A stretch of 64,000 nt of DNA, taken from NCBI GenBank assembly GCA_043819555.1, contig JBDREQ010000003.1:96001-160000 (forward strand). The letters are read 5' to 3'. The stretch is from Candidatus Zixiibacteriota bacterium. GTDB taxonomy: Bacteria > Zixibacteria > MSB-5A5 > GN15 > JAAZOE01. The notes under the pieces are model-generated. The model was not told the origin of the DNA, made no database searches, and worked only from the letters and a program-made list of their open reading frames with translations. This document shows, one piece after another, positions 58,940 through 64,000 of this stretch (the first letter of the stretch is position 1; every line of letters starts with the position of its first letter). The position numbers and the translations under genes were made by a program.

Positions 58940-59042
58940 AAAACTCCCAAGCTTTACACATTTAAATAACCCATTATACTACTGAAAGTCAAGCGATTAT
59001 ATGAATTTGGGGAGCTGCAATACCCATTGTCCTAAATCAATG

Positions 59043-59169
59043 GGCAGATTAGGCGGAAAAAACGTCAAGAAAATAAGGCAGAAATTGCGTCGCATAATCT
59101 GCGAATTGATAAAAAATACTTGACAAGCCATTTGTCAAATAGTAAGTTACAGGTGAGCATAATCTGCGA
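59043..59169 (+). promoter_or_regulatory. Sigma70 promoter flanked by repeated GCA-N5-TGC operators
   Basis: TTGACA(59120)-17nt-TAAGTT(59143); GCATAATCTGCGA at 59092 and 59157; an inverted variant at 59043. Confidence 0.65.
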
Positions 59170-59241
59170 GAATCTACATTGAGTTTAGTCATTGTTCTTT
59201 ATTTTGATAATATAGTTATACCAATTTAGGAGGAAGGTACC

Positions 59242-59553
59242 ATGAAGGTATCAAAGATGACTCGGATACTGTCTTTTGTATTCTTGTTGTTTGCATTCTT
59301 GGTTTTTTATCCCGGAGTCACCAAAGGTGAACACCCTTGGGAAGAAAATAATTTTAATTCTGGAGGCCCAATGGTTAAGCCACCGCTCGTTATTGTAGAT
59401 TCGTTATTAACGGAAGAAATCGACCCAGATGAACCGGATCCGGGTGATGATCCGCCGGTGGTAGAAGGAACATCAACTACAGGTAATTGGTGGGATAGTC
59501 TTTGGGATTGGATGACAGGCAGTTCGGCTGGCAATAATCCGTCAGCAAGTTGA
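59242..59553 (+). CDS. Small secreted acidic protein / putative propeptide
   Basis: Strong AGGAGG RBS; Sec signal ending TKG; mature part starts EHPWEE; Pro/Asp-rich; WWDSLWDW. Confidence 0.75.
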   Translation: MKVSKMTRILSFVFLLFAFLVFYPGVTKGEHPWEENNFNSGGPMVKPPLVIVDSLLTEEIDPDEPDPGDDPPVVEGTSTTGNWWDSLWDWMTGSSAGNNPSAS

Positions 59554-59619
59554 TAGACATGCGCACATTTTAATTTAATGTGTAGAGTCTATTTGAACTA
59601 ACTTCAAGAGGATGCAAAA

Positions 59620-62553
59620 ATGGACAGTACCTCACAACATACGGCAAGTCTAAGCCCAAGGCTGTTAGAAATTGAGAGTCTATTCAAACAGCAAAAAACA
59701 AGGCAGGCATTGTCGGCGTTGGAAAAGCTGGCTCAGGTTGAATATTCACCTGAGGGCTTGGATTTGGGGCTATATTCTTTATTGCTGGCAGAGCGCGATT
59801 TTTGCGACAGCGATTATCAAGCAATGCTTAAAAAATGTCGGGTGGCGTTAGATGAACTAGGTAGAACTAATCTCAACAATAGAATTGGCAGAATTCAGTA
59901 TTTGGTTTATTTGGCTCATTCATCGCTTGGTGATCTAAAAGCCGCCGAACAGGCATCGCGCGATTCTCTGGCTTCGTATCGGCGGGTAAACGATAATGCC
60001 GGTATTATTGATGCCTATAATGCCTTGGGCAAGATTTATTTTATCCGATCCGACTATGGTACAGCGGCAGAATATGTCAATGAGGCAATCAATTACTCGC
60101 CTCCGGATTCAAAGAAAGCGGTACAGCTATTAGGAAATCTTGGGAGAATTTATCTATTAACTGGAGATTTGGATAAGGCCCAGGAAAATCTTGAAAAATC
60201 ACTAAATATGGCCAAAAAGTTGGAACTGGTTTCGTCCATTGTTTCGAAACAACTATCATTGGGCTATCTACATATAAGGAGAAGGCATTTTTATCAGGCC
60301 GGAATTGAATTAACCGAGGCGGATAACTTAATTCGCGAATTTGGTTTTCAGAGAGAGAGGGTTATTTCGCTTGAATATCAAGGCGAATTATGCTTCGAGA
60401 AACAGGATTTCGTGGCCGCCAAGAATTACTTAGAAGAAGCGATTTCGATGGCCAATGAATTGGCTCCGCAGTCTTCGTTGATGAGTCAGTGTTTACGTCG
60501 TTTGGCTGAAACGGAATTGGAACTGGGGAATGGTGATTTGGCGATGCGTCACGCACAAAAGGCCTTAAATTTAGCAAAAGAGATTGGTGAAAAGGCTGAA
60601 ATTGGAATGTCTCATCGGGTAATTTCCGCTGTATTCTTATCGCGCAATGAAACCGCAGATGCCAGGCGGCACAGTTCAATGAGTATCGATATTTTGCGCG
60701 AGGTTGGTGATAACTTTGAATTAGGCCGTTCGATTATTCAATATGGCGCCATTCCGCTGGCGGGAGTGAGTATCAGCGACCGCAAGTCGATTCCGTTATT
60801 GCGTGAAGCGGAGAAGATTTTTACGGTTCTCGGCGATGATTATTATGTTTCGCGGTGCCGCTTTGAGCTGGGAAGTTTATGCCACCATTTGGGAAAAAAC
60901 GGTGAGGCGCTTGAGTATTTAAACCTATCTTATGAAGGATTTCGCAATGTCGGTGATAAATCAAGGGCGAAAACCGTAAGCGATTTTCTGGATTCATTAT
61001 CTAGGAACGCCGTTAAAAAAGCGCTTTCAAATAAGAATGAATTCAAAATATTTAGTAATCTTATTTCCGGTTCAGAATTTGAGAATATAAAAAACGATCA
61101 ATTGGAAAATTTGCTTGAAATATTATGTCGAAAAATCTCTGTTGACCGCGGTTTGATTATTGATTTATTCGAAAACTGTAATCCTCAGATAAGCGCCGCA
61201 TACGGATTGGAAGAATCAGATTTTGAATCGGTAATATCAGGATTTTCGGAACTTATGGAAGAGGACCTCATCACTGACGAACCAATTTTGATTTTGGACG
61301 GATCCAATGGAGCCGAGTTTATGGAATTGGTTCCGTTACGGGAAAATGATATTTCCTGTTTGATTGTTTTGCCGCTGACATTTGCCTCAAAAGTAATTGG
61401 TTATATATATCTTGATCGATTGAGTCAATCGCCGGGAAAAGGTATCAATCCGTTTAGTCAAAATGATATTAACTTTGCAGTCGGGTTTGCTGATTTGGTT
61501 GCGTTTAAAACGACGGATTTGCAGAAAGAGAAGCTGTTGGCAGATAATTTACGTCTGAAGGCTCAGTTATTGGAATCCTGTACGTTCCCAAATATTATTA
61601 CTCAATCGCGATTGTTTATGGAGATATTAGTACGCGTTCAGCAGGTGGCGAATTCCAATATGGCCATTTCCATCACGGGAGAAACCGGAACGGGGAAGGA
61701 TTTATTGGCCAAAGCTATACATTATAATTCGTCCCGACGCGATAAACGATTTATATCAGTCAATTGCGCGGCATTGCCGGAATCTCTTTTAGAGTCGGAG
61801 TTGTTCGGGTATAAAAAGGGAGCGTTTACCGGTGCAGATCGCGATAAACCCGGCCTGTTCGAAGAGGCTGACGGCGGCACATTTTTCTTAGATGAAATTG
61901 CCGATATGCCTTTATCACTTCAAGCCAAAGTGTTGCGCCTTTTGGAGAATATGGAAATTACCCGCCTGGGAGATACGCATCCGCGAAAGGTTGATGTCCG
62001 GGTGATTTCGGCGACGAATAAGGATTTAAAAAAGGAGATGGATCTTAGGCATTTCCGGAGTGATTTATATTATCGATTATGTGCTTTGCATTTTTCCATT
62101 CCAGCCTTGCGTGATCGCAAGGAAGATATTCCTGTTTTGGCAGAGCATTTTCTTGATGGCGGTAATTGCCAGATTATGCCGGATGCGATGAAATACCTAA
62201 TTGATTATGATTGGCCGGGGAATGTTCGAGAACTTGAGAACGAAATCAAAAAAACGGTACTTTTGGCTAACAATGAGGGGCCAATAACTGCCGCTCTGTT
62301 ATCGCGGAGAATTCTTGGTGAGGATCAGATTAATGTAATGAGTATTCCGAACGAAGAGGCATATTTTACCGAGGGCATCTTTTCGCTATATGACTATATT
62401 GCTGAATTTGAGAAGCGATTTATTGTCAAGGCCTTAAAAGAGCAACGTGGGATTAAAAAGCGGGCGGCTGATTCTCTGAAAATACCGGAATCAACGCTGC
62501 GTTTAAAGCTGAAACAATATGATATCGACCCAAAGAGGATTGATATAAATTAG
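59620..62553 (+). CDS. Sigma54 enhancer-binding protein with TPR array, GAF, AAA+ and Fis-HTH
   Basis: About 450 aa of TPR repeats; GYIYLD GAF; GETGTGKD, ESELFGYKKGAFTGA, FLDEI, WPGNVRELEN, C-terminal HTH. Confidence 0.92.
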   Translation: MDSTSQHTASLSPRLLEIESLFKQQKTRQALSALEKLAQVEYSPEGLDLGLYSLLLAERDFCDSDYQAMLKKCRVALDELGRTNLNNRIGRIQYLVYLAHSSLGDLKAAEQASRDSLASYRRVNDNAGIIDAYNALGKIYFIRSDYGTAAEYVNEAINYSPPDSKKAVQLLGNLGRIYLLTGDLDKAQENLEKSLNMAKKLELVSSIVSKQLSLGYLHIRRRHFYQAGIELTEADNLIREFGFQRERVISLEYQGELCFEKQDFVAAKNYLEEAISMANELAPQSSLMSQCLRRLAETELELGNGDLAMRHAQKALNLAKEIGEKAEIGMSHRVISAVFLSRNETADARRHSSMSIDILREVGDNFELGRSIIQYGAIPLAGVSISDRKSIPLLREAEKIFTVLGDDYYVSRCRFELGSLCHHLGKNGEALEYLNLSYEGFRNVGDKSRAKTVSDFLDSLSRNAVKKALSNKNEFKIFSNLISGSEFENIKNDQLENLLEILCRKISVDRGLIIDLFENCNPQISAAYGLEESDFESVISGFSELMEEDLITDEPILILDGSNGAEFMELVPLRENDISCLIVLPLTFASKVIGYIYLDRLSQSPGKGINPFSQNDINFAVGFADLVAFKTTDLQKEKLLADNLRLKAQLLESCTFPNIITQSRLFMEILVRVQQVANSNMAISITGETGTGKDLLAKAIHYNSSRRDKRFISVNCAALPESLLESELFGYKKGAFTGADRDKPGLFEEADGGTFFLDEIADMPLSLQAKVLRLLENMEITRLGDTHPRKVDVRVISATNKDLKKEMDLRHFRSDLYYRLCALHFSIPALRDRKEDIPVLAEHFLDGGNCQIMPDAMKYLIDYDWPGNVRELENEIKKTVLLANNEGPITAALLSRRILGEDQINVMSIPNEEAYFTEGIFSLYDYIAEFEKRFIVKALKEQRGIKKRAADSLKIPESTLRLKLKQYDIDPKRIDIN

Positions 62554-62579
62554 ATTGAGATTTGATAAATAATAAATAA

Positions 62580-62615
62580 AAAAGGGGCCCGTCAAAATTC
62601 CGGCGGGTTTTTTTT
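62580..62615 (+). terminator. Intrinsic terminator
   Basis: CCCGTC...GGCGGG followed by a T-tract. Confidence 0.6.
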
Positions 62616-62659
62616 GAATCTATCAGTCTGGAAAAATCTATGAAGGGCCAGGAGTAATC

Positions 62660-64000
62660 GTGAAGAATTTATATTGCGTTTTTTTTATAGTAATTTTTAC
62701 GTTTTCCTTATCTCTTGGAGACGATTTATATAAAGTTAAATTGAGAAATCAGGCCGATGCGGAATATATGAATTCATCAGAAGTCGTATCAATAGCCGTA
62801 CTTTCCCGGGGCTATTTGATTATTGCTGATAAATTGCAATCCGCCGCTTTGGAATCCCAAGGCATAGAAATATCGTTGATTGAAAGTGATGTTGAAATCG
62901 ACAGACTGGTTTTTGACATGCGGTACGATAAAAAGGGTTATGGCGTAGATGATGTTGTGTTTGAGGAAGAGGGAATTTGCATCTTGCGTCGAGATGTGAA
63001 CGAGAAATCGATTACAGGCAATGAATTTGATTTTATGCCGATTTCGCAAGCGGATTTGGTTTTTACATATATTGAAAGCGTTGAGATCAATAAAGATAAG
63101 TTATTATTTCCTCCCGGACTCGATGATTTAATAGATTCGGTAAGCAGCTCAAGATTATTTGCAGTTACGCGGAATCTCCAAAATTTGGGAGAACGAGTCG
63201 CCGGTTCGGCGGGTAGTGTTGATGCTCAGGCGTTGCTTTTGGAAAGATTGGATTCCTTTGGGTATGATTCGTTATATCTGGATGAATTTACGGCTTATAT
63301 ACAGGGAGGCAATAAATCCTGCCGCAATGTCATTGCTGTCAAGCCGGGCATTGTAATGCCTGAAGCCAAAATAATCATCGGCGCTCACTACGATGCCGTT
63401 CCCGGTTCTCCGGGAGCCGATGATAATGGATCGGGGACATCGGCGGTTATAGAACTGGCAAAAATATTTAAGAATATTGAGACGAATATAACGTTTATTT
63501 TTGCCCTTTTTGATGCTGAGGAATGGGGTTTGTATGGGTCTCATCATTACGCGAGTAATGCATACGCTAATGGCGAGGCAATTGTATTTATGATTAATCT
63601 TGATATGATTGGCGCTAAGAATAATGATGAAGACATGGTCAGGATTTATCATGGGGATGATTTGAAATATATCAATGTTATTCAGCAACTGGCGGATTCA
63701 TTATTAAATTTTGAAGCTTCAATGGCGGGTACTTCATCCCGCTCTGATCATTATAGTTTTCAATCCCTGGATTATGACGTATCATTTTTCCAGGAATGGG
63801 AGTTTTCGGAAGTTTATCATACTTCAAGTGATAATACCAATCAAATGGATTTTGGGTATATGGCGCAATTAGTGAAGATCGCTTTGGCGACGGCCTATAC
63901 GGTAGATCGTTTGGCATCGCCGAATCGGTCAGTGTCGGTTACGTATCCTAAGGGGTTGCCATTATCGTTTGTAGCGGATGAGTTGTCTTCGTTTGATATT
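62660..64000 (+). CDS. Secreted M28 family metallopeptidase (partial, runs off window edge)
   Basis: Not in the ORF track. GTG with AGGAG RBS, signal peptide; IIGAHYD, GADDNGSG, DAEEWGLYGS, NLDMIG, SDH, YHT. Confidence 0.88.
   Translation, partial: MKNLYCVFFIVIFTFSLSLGDDLYKVKLRNQADAEYMNSSEVVSIAVLSRGYLIIADKLQSAALESQGIEISLIESDVEIDRLVFDMRYDKKGYGVDDVVFEEEGICILRRDVNEKSITGNEFDFMPISQADLVFTYIESVEINKDKLLFPPGLDDLIDSVSSSRLFAVTRNLQNLGERVAGSAGSVDAQALLLERLDSFGYDSLYLDEFTAYIQGGNKSCRNVIAVKPGIVMPEAKIIIGAHYDAVPGSPGADDNGSGTSAVIELAKIFKNIETNITFIFALFDAEEWGLYGSHHYASNAYANGEAIVFMINLDMIGAKNNDEDMVRIYHGDDLKYINVIQQLADSLLNFEASMAGTSSRSDHYSFQSLDYDVSFFQEWEFSEVYHTSSDNTNQMDFGYMAQLVKIALATAYTVDRLASPNRSVSVTYPKGLPLSFVADELSSFDI

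Overview
Bacterial chromosomal window. Gene content suggests an FCB-type diderm such as candidate division Zixibacteria, which is an inference. The left third (about 1.6-22.7 kb, all minus strand) is a dissimilatory sulfur-metabolism region: qmoAB without qmoC, then dsrABDNLC-dsrTMKJOP, a CoA-disulfide/persulfide reductase-rhodanese fusion, and siroheme genes (hemA, sirC, cobA-hemD). Rex-type operators precede qmoA and dsrA. Two AT-rich accessory patches (about 22.9-26.2 kb and 44.2-46.4 kb) are packed with GTAG-type REP-like palindromes, and one carries a HEPN-like gene split by a single in-frame TAG. The rest is mostly housekeeping (menG, trmO, rsmB, rlmD, LOG, nfeD-SPFH, CDF, folB/folK/dnk/panBC). 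Unusual items sit at the right end: a Rad50/SbcC-like protein with degenerate ATPase motifs preceded by an unannotated 58-aa ORF, a tandem-HTH protein fused to a LeuC/aconitase fold that has lost all Fe-S cysteines, a PLP-aminotransferase fold lacking the catalytic lysine, and a small secreted protein plus TPR-GAF-sigma54 activator plus secreted M28 peptidase locus with repeated operators, resembling an undescribed peptide-signalling system. No rRNA, tRNA, CRISPR array or transposase was recognised.
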